Source: a virus | Lineage: Duplodnaviria; Caudoviricetes | Strand: one strand, 5' to 3' | Virus record (IMG/VR): IMGVR_UViG_2595698832_000001 | Span: 1-64,000 of that record | Length of the DNA stretch: 64,000 bases | Part shown: piece after piece, positions 11,873 to 23,447 of the stretch | Layout of the letters: the number at the start of each line of letters is the position of its first letter | How positions within the stretch are numbered: position 1 is the stretch's first letter | Translations under genes and position numbers: made by a program | Notes under the pieces: model-generated | What the model was told of the DNA's origin: nothing | Database searches by the model: none | The model's input: the letters and a program-made list of their open reading frames with translations, nothing else

Positions 11873-12832
11873 TCAAGAATATTCAGTAAAAGACTCAAAT
11901 ATCTTTGCATTTTCTTGGACTTCAAATGATTTATCATTATATTGGTAATATATCCCATCAAAATCTGCAAAATTACAACCCATACAAGCCAAACAATTTA
12001 AATGACAAATAGGCATTTTAGTTCTTTTAAACACTTCACAAGTTTGCCTTTTCAGGGTTTCTTTAAACTCAGATACATTTATATATTGTTCTAATTCAGT
12101 TTCATAGAAATTAACTACAATTTTTTTATAATTAGAATCTAAACTTAATGTTATTAAATCTTTTAAAGCATTCATATAATTTAATTTATGTACAGTGTAA
12201 CGGATAGTTAATTTATAGTCTTTAGATTTAAAATAACTTAAAACAAACTCAGTATCTTTTGTAGAATCTTTACCATTTCTGTAAACTCTTCTGGAGTTTC
12301 CTGATAAATCATAAGATATTTCTAAAGAAAAATGATTTAATAATTTGCGGGTTCTTTCTATAAAATAATCAGCATTTTTAGTATTTTTAAAATATGCACC
12401 ATTTGTAGTCAATGATAGATTAAACTTTTTGTTAGTATGGAATGTTATTTTATCAGTTAAATCAAAAATATAATAAACAATATCTGGGTTTAAAAATGGT
12501 TCTCCTCCAAATATAACTACAGTGCTAGGCTTATCGGGTTCTCTCTTAATAAGATCTTTAAAAAAATCATTAATTTCTCTTTCAGAGATATACGTGTTTT
12601 TTATTAAACGATCTCTATCATTTTTTTGATAACAATAATCACAATCAAAATTGCAAGCATCTGTTAAGTATAAAATATTAGATTTAAGTTTATATTTAGA
12701 TTCTATGAGTGGTCTTTTAAAATCTTCATTAAGATTAGAATCTATGGCTGCTTGGAAGAATTCAGCAAAGTCTTCATCTGAAATCATTTTTGGTGCTTTT
12801 TTAACTTTTGTATATCTTGATTCTTTAGACAT
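11873..12832 (-). CDS. Radical SAM protein
   Basis: CNFDCDYC, FGGEPFL, TTNG, C-terminal Cys cluster. Confidence 0.9.
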   Translation of the reverse strand: MSKESRYTKVKKAPKMISDEDFAEFFQAAIDSNLNEDFKRPLIESKYKLKSNILYLTDACNFDCDYCYQKNDRDRLIKNTYISEREINDFFKDLIKREPDKPSTVVIFGGEPFLNPDIVYYIFDLTDKITFHTNKKFNLSLTTNGAYFKNTKNADYFIERTRKLLNHFSLEISYDLSGNSRRVYRNGKDSTKDTEFVLSYFKSKDYKLTIRYTVHKLNYMNALKDLITLSLDSNYKKIVVNFYETELEQYINVSEFKETLKRQTCEVFKRTKMPICHLNCLACMGCNFADFDGIYYQYNDKSFEVQENAKIFESFTEYS

Positions 12833-12854
12833 TTTACCTCCTTTGATTTATATA

Positions 12855-13526
12855 TTAAACTTTAGTTTGGTTTTGTGATTTAGGTTGTGATTTAAAAAAT
12901 GGATCTATATATTTTGGTAACACTGTAGTACCATTTTCTCTATAGGGTGTTTGACTAAATTTTTTAAGTCTATCCTGCAATCTAAATATATTATAATTCA
13001 ATTGCATCTCAGCATCAAACAAATCATTAGAACTTACTAAAATATTTTCAGAATCTATGTAATTTGTTGTGTATTGATTATTGGTCAAATAAACTCTGTA
13101 CTTATTATAATAAAACCCAAAATAATAAAGCCTACCTAGTTGTTTAGATAAAGCTTCGGCACGTTCTTTATTCGATATATTAACAAAGTAAAATATAGAA
13201 TTTTTCTGTTTTTGATTTAAATCTATGAAATATTGATAAGCATCATTAATGCATAATTTTAAATTATCTTTAGAAGCTGTCACTTTTTGTCTTCTATATT
13301 GGTATACATCTTGGTTATTAACTCCTTTTGTTTTAGATATCAAAAACATTTTAGAAGCATTTTGAATAGGGATATAATCCAGAATAAAAGGCTCTAATTG
13401 AGTTGATAAATAGAACTTATTATCTCTTGTACACACGTATTCTGTGTAATCTACGTTATGTTTAGATAAATTACTCAAAAATTCATTGTAGAGTTTTATA
13501 TCGTATTTGTCGATATTATAAATCAT
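12855..13526 (-). CDS. Hypothetical protein
   Basis: 223 aa ORF translationally coupled to its neighbour. Confidence 0.6.
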   Translation of the reverse strand: MIYNIDKYDIKLYNEFLSNLSKHNVDYTEYVCTRDNKFYLSTQLEPFILDYIPIQNASKMFLISKTKGVNNQDVYQYRRQKVTASKDNLKLCINDAYQYFIDLNQKQKNSIFYFVNISNKERAEALSKQLGRLYYFGFYYNKYRVYLTNNQYTTNYIDSENILVSSNDLFDAEMQLNYNIFRLQDRLKKFSQTPYRENGTTVLPKYIDPFFKSQPKSQNQTKV

Positions 13527-13759
13527 TAAGAACCTTTATTTTTATCGATACTTGGAATAAAAGGTTTTAAAATATCATCACTTAACATATATGGTTTGAA
13601 TTTGTAGACCACAAATGATTCAGTCTCACCCGTGATTTTTTGGTTTCTTTTAGTTGCTTCTAAATTCAAGTAATCTAATACAGATTTTTCACGAGTCAAA
13701 GAACAATTTAAATGATCTTGAATGATATATTCTAATACATCATAATTGATTTCATCCAT
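13526..13759 (-). CDS. Hypothetical protein
   Basis: 77 aa ORF, TAATG overlap. Confidence 0.55.
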   Translation of the reverse strand: MDEINYDVLEYIIQDHLNCSLTREKSVLDYLNLEATKRNQKITGETESFVVYKFKPYMLSDDILKPFIPSIDKNKGS

Positions 13760-13773
13760 TTAGAACCTTTAGC

Positions 13774-14223
13774 TTAAGATTTAAATATACCCATTTCGTA
13801 TGCTTTTGTTCTTATCAATTCAGTATTGAAATCACACCATTTATAAGCTAAATCAAAATGTTCGATATTAACGTCGTTATTTGCAACTAATTCATTATTT
13901 GATAAATCAATATCATTTTCTTCAAGTAAATCTAAATAACAAGTCATAAAAATTAATTTAACACGCTCAATATCAAAGGTATCTTTAGCATAAAAAGTAT
14001 AATCGTCATAAAAATGACTATAAGTTATAGATCTCAACTGTTCGTGCAAATCACTATAAACTTTTGTTTGTTTGATATCATTTATTTGAGTTTTAGTTGT
14101 TATATTATATAAAAAATAATTACGTTTTGTTAAAAATTCTTGAAAGCTATCTACCAAAGATGCTAATGTAATTTTAATATTACCTTTTTTAGGAGCTTCA
14201 TATCCCGAGTTTAAGTAGTCCAT
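13774..14223 (-). CDS. Hypothetical protein
   Basis: 149 aa ORF with RBS. Confidence 0.6.
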   Translation of the reverse strand: MDYLNSGYEAPKKGNIKITLASLVDSFQEFLTKRNYFLYNITTKTQINDIKQTKVYSDLHEQLRSITYSHFYDDYTFYAKDTFDIERVKLIFMTCYLDLLEENDIDLSNNELVANNDVNIEHFDLAYKWCDFNTELIRTKAYEMGIFKS

Positions 14224-14306
14224 AATCTCTCTTTTGTGATTATTTATTTTGGGTGTTTATAATGATATCTACAAACTGGTACCAGCTAGTATTAGCCGGC
14301 ACAAAA

Positions 14307-14699
14307 TTAATTTGTTTCGTATTCTAATTTCTTAGATTCAAGCTCCTTTAACATTTCGTCAAGTTTATAATCTATAATTTTATTAACTTTAGATAATTTA
14401 TTAACAATATTCGGATTTTCTATCGCTTCTGTCCCAACGTAAGCACCAGCCATCAAATACATAGTGCTGCTTCTAGGTACTAAAATAATTATAGCACCAA
14501 ATATTATACTAGCTATCGCACAAATTTTTATACTTTTTGATGTCATTTTACGTAAATGATCCTCTCTATCGACGTGTGCTGCCACGTTAAATGTAAAAGA
14601 CAAACAAAAAACAACTAATGATAAACAAAGTACTACTACAGCTGTGTCCTTAAGAGTATCAAAAACACCAGCTAAATATATAAAAAACGATAATAACAT
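14307..14699 (-). CDS. Membrane protein
   Basis: 130 aa, 2-3 hydrophobic helices, RBS AAGGA. Confidence 0.65.
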   Translation of the reverse strand: MLLSFFIYLAGVFDTLKDTAVVVLCLSLVVFCLSFTFNVAAHVDREDHLRKMTSKSIKICAIASIIFGAIIILVPRSSTMYLMAGAYVGTEAIENPNIVNKLSKVNKIIDYKLDEMLKELESKKLEYETN

Positions 14700-14740
14700 A
14701 ATTTTTCCTTTATTTTATAATCAAGTTTAATTGAACGCGA

Positions 14741-15037
14741 TCAAGCATTTGAATCCATAAAAGTATGACCCTTAGATTTCAAAAAATCTATGATAACTTC
14801 TGGTTCTACTTCATCAATACAAGAACAAAATTCAATTTCTTCATCATCAGCTTCACATAAAACATAGATTTTATCTGTATTATAGAATTCTTCTAAAACA
14901 ATTTCTAAATCAATTGGTTCTGGGTCTCTAGGCATATATCCTAAACTATCGTAGATATTTTCTAAAATATCAACTGTTTCAACATCCATTAATTGGTAGT
15001 CATAACCAAAATACTCATTAAATCTAGCAACGTACAT
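14741..15037 (-). CDS. Small acidic hypothetical protein
   Basis: 98 aa D/E-rich ORF, AAAGGAG RBS, early promoter upstream. Confidence 0.65.
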   Translation of the reverse strand: MYVARFNEYFGYDYQLMDVETVDILENIYDSLGYMPRDPEPIDLEIVLEEFYNTDKIYVLCEADDEEIEFCSCIDEVEPEVIIDFLKSKGHTFMDSNA

Positions 15038-15225
15038 TTTATCTCCTTTGTTTTTATCAATATAATTATATAATAATAATCTTAAATTAAACTGAAGTTT
15101 TAGTAGATTTTAGCATATTTTAGCATTTTGTTCACACTAAGCAAAATTATACTTTAAAATCATTGACTTAGCAGGGTTTGTTTGTCCAGTAATTTTACCA
15201 GAATAACTATCATCTTGCTCTTCTA

Positions 15226-15639
15226 CTACAATATGATATGGTATCTCATTTTTTTGGATGATATTTTTTTACTACCTTTTGATAAAGATTGAACTTTCTC
15301 GGTATCCCCATAATTTTTACAAATCCTATCGGCTTTATTGCCAGGTAATCTACTAAAACCGAAAACACATATGATAATACTTTTAGAAAATTTACACCAG
15401 AATTTAGGATAACCATCTTTTTGAATAAAAAGCTCACTATTCACTAAATCACTGATTTTCTTCGTGTCTTTATTTTTAAAAGCTTCTACCAACTCATTGA
15501 ATTTATTTTCATAAAAGACTTCAAAATGTGGTTCCAACTTTGAATCCTTCATTATTAGGATACAATAGTATTGTTTATTATTTACATTAAAAAGAGATAT
15601 TTGTAGATATTTCTTTGCACCCAGAACTTGATTAAACAT
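15226..15639 (-). CDS. Hypothetical protein (3' end probably frameshifted)
   Basis: 137 aa ORF. Confidence 0.45.
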   Translation of the reverse strand: MFNQVLGAKKYLQISLFNVNNKQYYCILIMKDSKLEPHFEVFYENKFNELVEAFKNKDTKKISDLVNSELFIQKDGYPKFWCKFSKSIIICVFGFSRLPGNKADRICKNYGDTEKVQSLSKGSKKISSKKMRYHIIL

Positions 15640-15671
15640 ATTGATATATTTAAAATTCTGGATATTTTATA

Positions 15672-16130
15672 TTAATTGTCGTTAGCATCATCAGAGTATA
15701 AATTATTGCAGATGCTATACATCATTTGATGAAATACAATCCAACCGACAATGACCAAACCCCGGTAATGTTCTACAGTTGCTAGTTTATAATAATTTTT
15801 AGGATCAAACATACTTTTTTGATATAAATCCGATAATTTATCGATATTATTTAAATTGAATCTATTAAATAAAAAATCCTTAAAACTTACAGTAGTCTCT
15901 TGTGGTACTAATTTTTTATAAGCAGGTTTTATATACACGAAACTATCAAATTTTTGAGTAGGGTAAGCACCTAATTCTATTTTAAATATTTTAGTAAAAG
16001 CAAATAAAATATATAAATTATCAAATTTATAAACAATGTTGTTATAAGATATTTTGTCGTGATCAACGACCCCATTAGTTGTGCCTATAACTTTCTTGCA
16101 ATATTTTTTTATTCTTTTATCTTTTAACAT
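15672..16130 (-). CDS. Hypothetical protein
   Basis: 152 aa ORF with GAGG RBS. Confidence 0.55.
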   Translation of the reverse strand: MLKDKRIKKYCKKVIGTTNGVVDHDKISYNNIVYKFDNLYILFAFTKIFKIELGAYPTQKFDSFVYIKPAYKKLVPQETTVSFKDFLFNRFNLNNIDKLSDLYQKSMFDPKNYYKLATVEHYRGLVIVGWIVFHQMMYSICNNLYSDDANDN

Positions 16131-16151
16131 AGTGACCTCTGTGGTGTATGA

Positions 16152-17097
16152 TTAGTCTCCGATAGACTTAATATTAGTATTTATTTTGTACCCAATACCA
16201 CCTGATTGTAAATGACAATGTTCTAACTCACAATTTAAACCAAAATTGCTATAAAATTTATTAAGCATATCATAGCTATATTCTTTACCCCAACACATAT
16301 GTTTGAAAAATTTTGGTTCATATTTTTTTGTAGTGTCTATATCAAAACCAAAATTACAGCAAAGCCAACCTTTGTTGTTTTTTAATTTATATTTTTGTAA
16401 TTCAGAATCTTTCAATAATATTTTATTATTATTAATATCCGTTGCTTCAACACAGGGTGTTTCAATAGTTTGTAAGTCAGGTAATATTTCTAATACCTTG
16501 TTAATATCTTTATATAAAGGACCTGAATGGTCTGGCCTGTTACCCATATCTATAAAATAAAATATTTCATTTTCTTTAAGAAATTTACACATATTTCTAA
16601 TCATATCAAAATCATTGATATTTAAAACGATATCTATTTGAATATGTTTAATAAATTTTTTATTATGTAATAAATTTTCTTTGTAGGCATCTACTGTAGA
16701 TTGTGTTCTAAAAATATGTGGATGAAATGATATTAACCCCTTGTCGAAATTTATGTTTATTTTCTTAAGATTATTTGTTGCTAATATCACTTCATTTATA
16801 TTTTTTAGTTTATAACATTCTTCTACTATTTGTTTAAGATGGGGGGTGTAATGTGGGTTCACCACCTATAACTAAAATATTAAATTTAAAATCTAATTTA
16901 TTGAGATCATTGAGATATCTTTTGATATTGTTTAATGAAGCGAAATTATCAAAATTATTAGATTTTCTAGCATAGCAATAGGGACATTTAGCATTACACA
17001 AATTTATAATATTTAAATTGAAACAAGGTGTCATAGGTTCAAATATAGAACCACTAAATATTTTTTTATAAGTCACTACATTATTAAAGTCAAACAT
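16152..17097 (-). CDS. Radical SAM protein (frameshift at G6 16841-16846)
   Basis: CNAKCPYC and GGEPTLHP in 16834-17097 continue as HLKQIVEE...TN in 16152-16865; C-terminal Cys cluster. Confidence 0.8.
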
Positions 17098-17862
17098 TTA
17101 TTTTCCTTATAGAACTAAAATCTGCTGTGCATAATTTTTCATCACAATATGTTTCAGCATTATATAATTCTTTCTTGTATAATTTAGATAAACATTTATG
17201 TATTGTGTTATTTTTATAATCAAACGTTATATTGTATTTAAATATATCACATACTTTAGGTTTATCTATTATGTTAAAAATATCATAATAATACATTTTT
17301 AAATCTTCATTATATAAAGAACCTATTCTAGTTTTTTTATAATCTTTTTTTAAAAAATTTAATATATTTAAACTTATTTTACCACCTTTAAGTGTGTATA
17401 TACCTTCTAAATATACAGTATAACCTAATGTTTTTAAAATATTAAAATAGTTTAAATATTTCTTGTAATTTAATATGTTTTCAACCATTATAACCACTTC
17501 AAAGATATTTTTAACTTTTTTTATATTGTTTAAAAATGATTTAAAACCGACTTGGGATTCGTGAAATGAAAATATCAATTTTAAATTATTATAATATTTA
17601 ATTTTTTTTAACGATTGGTTACTGGCATTAGAGTATAAAACAACGTTTTTGCCAATACTTTCTAAAAAAATAAAATATCGTTTATATCTGGGTGTAATAA
17701 AGGTTCACCACCCAATATCTCCACATTATTAAAATTATACATATTGTTTAATTTTTTAATAGTATCAAGAGAATTTAAATTAGATTCTAATTTACCTGTA
17801 TTTAAAGTGCAATAATCACATTTGTAATTACAAAAAGTTGTTAAAAATATTTCTAAATTCAT
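17090..17862 (-). CDS. Radical SAM protein (frameshift at A-run near 17664)
   Basis: CNYKCDYC, GGEPLLHP; downstream FSFHES and C-terminal Cys cluster. Confidence 0.8.
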
Positions 17863-18746
17863 TTTGGTATCTTTAATGTTGATAATTTACCTTGGCAAGT
17901 ACAATATTTTAAAGGACACAATATATAATCATTTAAATTATTAATTTCGTTAATTGTTAAGGGTTTGTCGTTACAAAATCTAGTAAAATCACCTTGTACT
18001 GAAATTTGTATATTATAATTATAACATTTAAATCCTTTGAAATTACTTAATTCAATATTTTTAAACGTATCTATATCACTATAATAATATTCTTTATTGT
18101 TTATATTATATTTAAGTATTCGCTCAGGTTTATATAAATTAGGCAAATCTAGCACATCTTTATTTTTATAATTCATAAAAAGTTCTGGTGTTTTAGGATT
18201 AAATAATACATTATAGCAAAAATCTATAGACTCTTTTTTTATAAATTCTAAACATTCTTTTATTTTATCATAATAATTAGGTACTAGCATAACATTTATT
18301 CTAACATCGTGTAACTTTTTAATTTTTAGTATATTGTTAAAAAAATCATTCATATTATTAACTTCACTAGGGTGAAATGTTATCTGTACTAAAAAGGGGT
18401 TATTTGGTTTAAATACTTCATAAATTTTTGAATATCTACCATTTGATATTATACTCAAGCTTTTACAATGTTTATGATTATCTAAAGTTGTTAATATTTC
18501 ATTAATTTTACTGTGTAACGTAGGTTCCCCACCGAGTAATACAATCTGAAAATCTTTTGATACTTGCGACAAATTAGCTAACACCTTTTTGTATACATTA
18601 TCATATATACCCCAGCCAGACTCTTGCCTCCTATAACAATAAAAACAATTATAATTACATATAGTTAAAATATCCCAATGAAATCTTAAATAATTATTAC
18701 ATTCGTATGGAGGTTTTGTTATAGTTTCTTGTTTTAATATATGCAT
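17859..18746 (-). CDS. Radical SAM protein
   Basis: CNYNCFYC, GGEPTLH, SNG, C-terminal FKGFKC...C...CPLKYCTC. Confidence 0.9.
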   Translation of the reverse strand: MHILKQETITKPPYECNNYLRFHWDILTICNYNCFYCYRRQESGWGIYDNVYKKVLANLSQVSKDFQIVLLGGEPTLHSKINEILTTLDNHKHCKSLSIISNGRYSKIYEVFKPNNPFLVQITFHPSEVNNMNDFFNNILKIKKLHDVRINVMLVPNYYDKIKECLEFIKKESIDFCYNVLFNPKTPELFMNYKNKDVLDLPNLYKPERILKYNINNKEYYYSDIDTFKNIELSNFKGFKCYNYNIQISVQGDFTRFCNDKPLTINEINNLNDYILCPLKYCTCQGKLSTLKIPK

Positions 18747-18752
18747 AACTAA

Positions 18753-19656
18753 TTAGCTCCTCATCAAATCTAAATTGATAGCTTTGTTTGCTAACGTACC
18801 ACCTTGACAGCTACAATCATCACAAGAACAAATATAATAACATTTATCTTTCAATCTTTGATTTAATTCGGTTATTGTAAATTTTTCATTGTGGTTACAA
18901 ACGGGTGTTAAAACATCAGGTTTTTTAAAACTCATAGTTAATTCTGATATTTCACAATAATATCCTTTAAAATTTCTAACGTTATTTAGAGACATCTCTA
19001 TATCAACATATTCTTTTACCGAATCTTCATAATAGTATCTAACATAATAACTATTTCTTTTTATTTCTTTGGTATATTCATTAACCCAATTAGATATACG
19101 TGTTTTTAAACTTTTGCCTTTAAAATGGCCTAAATCCATATTAAAAACTATATTATGTTCTTTTAATTTTTTATATAATGATTCTAATAGGTCATCATAT
19201 TTTCTTAAATATACAGCATTTACACATACGTCTATTTTATTACTATAATAAACAACAGTTTCTAAAAATTTGGATAGTTCGGCGTATTCAGTATGGTATG
19301 AAACTATAACAGCATCGATTTTATCTATAATAGATTCTTTTAATCTTTTTTCACCATTAGTTATTATTATAATTCTATTTAAATTTTTCAATTTTCTTAA
19401 ATTATCAATAAAATATTCTAAATGTGGGTGTAATGAAGGTTCACCACCTAGGATAGATATTGATATTCTTTTATCTATTTTTTCTAAATTTTTAATTATA
19501 TTATCTAGTTCATTTTTTGTTGTCTATTTGATTAAAAGTTTCGTTTGCTCTAGCATAACAATACGAACATTTATAATTACAAATATATAAAATATCACAA
19601 TGTATTATTATATCATCTTGTTTATGTTTATCTACACGTTCAGTTTTTAGCAACAT
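18753..19656 (-). CDS. Radical SAM protein (frameshift near 19515)
   Basis: ATG at 19656, CNYKCSYC, then GGEPSLHP leading into ORF 18753-19391; C-terminal CSCDDCSC. Confidence 0.8.
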
Positions 19657-19658
19657 TT

Positions 19659-20594
19659 TTATCTCCACTTTTTAAACTCAAGACCTCTATGGCACTGTTT
19701 AACTCTACAAATTTTATAGGGCACAAAAAAACTATTTAAATCTAAGTCTTTTAAAGGTAAACCTTTTATTTCTTTATTATTAAATTTATTAGATTCATCA
19801 TCACAATGATAACATAATTCATCATAATTAATAACCAAGCTTTTAGATCCAACTTCACATTTACAAAATCTACATTGTTTATATAATCCTTCGTTATATG
19901 CTTTATCGTAAATAACTTCTTTAGAATCTATTAAAAATGTAAATTGTGTTTCCAAATAATTATTTAAAAATGGATAAGTTTTTATTAGTTTTTCATAATT
20001 CATATGTTTTGAACCTGGGTTAGCATTATCTACTGTAAATCTCATTTTTAATTTATCGGGTATTGCTTGCGCTAAAGCATTAAATTCTTTTATGAATTGT
20101 TGTTCTTGATCTAAATACGTATTCATAAAACAATAACCTAATATATTCAATTCTTTTAATATATTAAGTTTTTCAATAAAATCTTCAACTTTTTGTTTAT
20201 TCATATGATAAGAGGAACAAAACTCAAAATTATTGTATTTAAAATTATAAAGTCTATTTTTATCTATGCTTAAGTTTGTTTGACATTGTATAAACAAATC
20301 TCTATCTTTATAAACTTCAAAAAGTTTTTCTGTGAGTTCTTCAAGATACTTAAACAATGTGGGTTCACCCCCATAATAATATACAAATATTTTTTGAAAT
20401 CTATCTGGTGTATTTTTTAATTTATCAACGAGTCGTGTAATAGTTGATCTGTCCCATTCTGGGAATGTATTATCATATTCACAGCAAAATGAACACTTTT
20501 GGTTACATTTATAAGTAGGTTTTAATGTTATTTTCAAATCTGGGTTATTATTATAATTTTTAACTTCTAATGTTTTAAATGCTGTTTTAAACAT
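19659..20594 (-). CDS. Radical SAM protein
   Basis: CNQKCSFC, YGGEPTL, C-terminal Cys cluster. Confidence 0.9.
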   Translation of the reverse strand: MFKTAFKTLEVKNYNNNPDLKITLKPTYKCNQKCSFCCEYDNTFPEWDRSTITRLVDKLKNTPDRFQKIFVYYYGGEPTLFKYLEELTEKLFEVYKDRDLFIQCQTNLSIDKNRLYNFKYNNFEFCSSYHMNKQKVEDFIEKLNILKELNILGYCFMNTYLDQEQQFIKEFNALAQAIPDKLKMRFTVDNANPGSKHMNYEKLIKTYPFLNNYLETQFTFLIDSKEVIYDKAYNEGLYKQCRFCKCEVGSKSLVINYDELCYHCDDESNKFNNKEIKGLPLKDLDLNSFFVPYKICRVKQCHRGLEFKKWR

Positions 20595-20606
20595 ATTCTT
20601 TATCCT

Positions 20607-21285
20607 TTAATTTTCAAAGAATATTTCTTTTATGTTATTATGTATAATTATAGAATCTTGGTTTTTAAATCTTGAATCTTTATTTAAAGATTCGTAAGAT
20701 ATATTATCATTACCATCTATAGTTTGTTTGTAAATGCAACTTTTATAAGTTTTAATATATTCAGTATCTATATTTTTAAATAGAATATAATCGTTAAAAA
20801 TATTATTACCTTTTGGAAATTTTAATATCTTAGATTTTTTAAAAATACAACGAGATAATTGAAAATTATAGAAAAAATCTTGGTTTTTAAAAATATTAAA
20901 ATTAATTAAATCATCTTTAAGATTTAAACCATTTGTTTGTTCATAAACTTTAAAAAAATTACAATATACTAAATCATAATCGTTTATAATAGTATCTTTA
21001 ATTACTTTACAAAATGGTTTTAAGATAATATCATCATCTTCTAAAAAATAAATGTATTTACCTTCTGCTTCTTGATACAGCAAATAATATAAATCACTAA
21101 GATCTTTAGTATTTTTTATTATATAATTTGTAATCATTAGATTCTGGTACATCGTTAGAATCATTATTCACAAGTATTTCGTAATTGATACCCACGGTAT
21201 CTAATTCGATATTTTTGAGTGATTCTAAACATCTATTAAATAATTTTGGTCTATTGTGTGTTAAAATTAATATACTCAAATCCAT
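20607..21285 (-). CDS. Glycosyltransferase family 2 (frameshifted)
   Basis: N-terminus MDLSILILTHNRP...EILVNND from ATG 21285; GKYIYFLEDDD DxD motif in ORF 20607-21164. Confidence 0.8.
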
Positions 21286-21317
21286 TTAATATTACATAAA
21301 ACACCTGTTAATTTGTA

Positions 21318-21551
21318 TTATACAGCTAAGAGTGATCCTAAAAACAACACTATAATTGTAAAAACTACGCACAATAATATAGCAATAGTTATAGAACCTA
21401 TGACACTGACTAAATATGAGAACATAAACGTATATAAAACAACTACAAATATAGCTATAAACAAAACAAATAACCCCGTAAAAAATCTTTCTATTAACTT
21501 CTCAAAAGAAAACTCACTGAAAATATTACAAATTCGACTTTTTAAATTCAT
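21318..21551 (-). CDS. Small membrane protein, paralog 1
   Basis: MNLKSRIC start; two TM helices. Confidence 0.6.
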   Translation of the reverse strand: MNLKSRICNIFSEFSFEKLIERFFTGLFVLFIAIFVVVLYTFMFSYLVSVIGSITIAILLCVVFTIIVLFLGSLLAV

Positions 21552-21609
21552 TCTAAAATCCTTTATTAAAATTATATTATATAAAGAAATAACTTAAAAG
21601 TTTATTAAA

Positions 21610-21837
21610 CTATATCATCGAAATAGCAAAAAATGATGCAATTGCAAAAACTATGCATAATAGCAAAGCAATCATAGGTGAGCCTATAACAACACTTAAA
21701 TATAAAAATACACTTAAATATAAAAATGCTATAAACATAGTTATATACAAAAAGAATACATTCAAACAAAATAGTACCAAAATCTTTTCAAAAACAGATT
21801 CATTAAAAATTCTACAAATTCGACTTTTTAAATTCAT
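21610..21837 (-). CDS. Small membrane protein, paralog 2
   Basis: MNLKSRIC start with AAGGA RBS; clear tandem paralog of 21318-21551. Confidence 0.6.
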   Translation of the reverse strand: MNLKSRICRIFNESVFEKILVLFCLNVFFLYITMFIAFLYLSVFLYLSVVIGSPMIALLLCIVFAIASFFAISMI

Positions 21838-22333
21838 TTTAAAATCCTTATTAAAAGAAGTAGAAATTGTGATAAAATCAAAAAAAAAATAGTAAAACAT
21901 AAAATAAGTCGTTAATTAGCTTATGATTAGCAAATGCGAATACGGTTAGTAATTTGAAAATCTTGAGTACTTTCGTACCCAGATTAATCTAGGATTTATT
22001 TCTTATATACAAATACATTCCAGAATCTAAAGTAAATCTAAAATTTTTAGAATTCACTGAGTTTAATTTAATAGTTCCTTCCATCACGAATATATCTGCT
22101 TGTTTTTCTTCCATTAATTTATTAATTAATTTTTTTGTAATTTTTTTGGTTTTATAGCTACGTATTCATTATCTTTACCACGGTAACAAGTTATGATAAT
22201 ATAGCTTTTACCTTGAAGTATTTGTATTCTATATTTAAAAATATAATGATATATAAAACCTTTAAAAATATAAGCAGAATCATTATTATCTTTTAAAACA
22301 ATCTATAAGTTTCATTAAACTCCTTTGATATAT

Positions 22334-23122
22334 TTATGAACTAACATTACCAGCACTATTAGAATCCACTAATAATGATATTATAGGGTCTTCAAGGCTC
22401 ATAAATCTGGATTCTAAATCATAGTCAAATGCTCTCAAATTAGCACCATCAAAACAATCTTTATGTGCTATAAATTCGTAAGGAACGCCAAAATATTGAC
22501 ATTCTTGAAATAATCTAGGTTTTACATCAAAACATACAGGATCTTGTATATATAACATTTCATTAAATTGTTCGAATATATTAGACATAATATTTAAATC
22601 ACTTCTAGTTATTTCAGATTCTTTTTTAATGTATTTTGCTCTGGTATTAATAAATTTTTGATTCTTTTGAAATCTAGGTTTATTCAATATCTCAAAAAAT
22701 ATTTTACTTCTATAATTAACTGATTTACCGACAGGTTTTAAATGCTCGTATTCCACAAAATAATTACACTCGAGTGTATGATTTTTTGAGCCGCTTAAAG
22801 CATATAAATTCTTGCATTTTAAAAATGGTTTATATCTGTCGAAATGATCTATACAGTACATTTCAAATAAAATTAAATTATTAATAGACATAAAAGATTT
22901 TTTAAATATTATAATATTCTTAAAACAATCTTTATTAATGTTATATTTAATTTCAAGATATTTTTTAACAATCTCAAGAGATTCAAAAGTAGTATCTATT
23001 ATAAGAATAATATTTTTATTATATAACCAAGAGAAATAAAAATATTCAAAAGCATTCGAAAGTGACCCATCTATGGGGATTCTCGATTTGCAAGGTCCTA
23101 TTAAAATAGCATTCGTATTCAT
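22334..23122 (-). CDS. Hypothetical protein, possibly GT-B glycosyltransferase-like
   Basis: 262 aa; FDVKPRLFQECQYFG resembles the GT-B C-terminal motif; next to the rSAM/GT2 cluster. Confidence 0.4.
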   Translation of the reverse strand: MNTNAILIGPCKSRIPIDGSLSNAFEYFYFSWLYNKNIILIIDTTFESLEIVKKYLEIKYNINKDCFKNIIIFKKSFMSINNLILFEMYCIDHFDRYKPFLKCKNLYALSGSKNHTLECNYFVEYEHLKPVGKSVNYRSKIFFEILNKPRFQKNQKFINTRAKYIKKESEITRSDLNIMSNIFEQFNEMLYIQDPVCFDVKPRLFQECQYFGVPYEFIAHKDCFDGANLRAFDYDLESRFMSLEDPIISLLVDSNSAGNVSS

Positions 23123-23171
23123 AGCTTTATAAGTCTAGTATTTTCAGCCTTTTTAGTATAACAAGCATAGG

Positions 23172-23423
23172 TTAGAACTTTGTTATATTATCAACTTCTA
23201 AAAATTTAAGATTACCATCTTCACAAACTGAAAGATCTCCAAGTCTACCATAATATATTTTTACATTTTCAAAATAATTTTCAGAAAGGAATTTATATGT
23301 ATCCGACATACTTTTAGTAGACGCGTTTATATAAAAATTATTAGCGATCTTAACAAAATGATTATCGAATAATGTTAATTCTGTATCTTTATCTATAGCT
23401 TCACTAAAAGAAATAAAATACAT
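23172..23423 (-). CDS. Hypothetical protein
   Basis: 83 aa ORF with AAGGAG RBS. Confidence 0.55.
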   Translation of the reverse strand: MYFISFSEAIDKDTELTLFDNHFVKIANNFYINASTKSMSDTYKFLSENYFENVKIYYGRLGDLSVCEDGNLKFLEVDNITKF

Positions 23424-23447
23424 ATATTACTCCTTAATTAGAAATTT

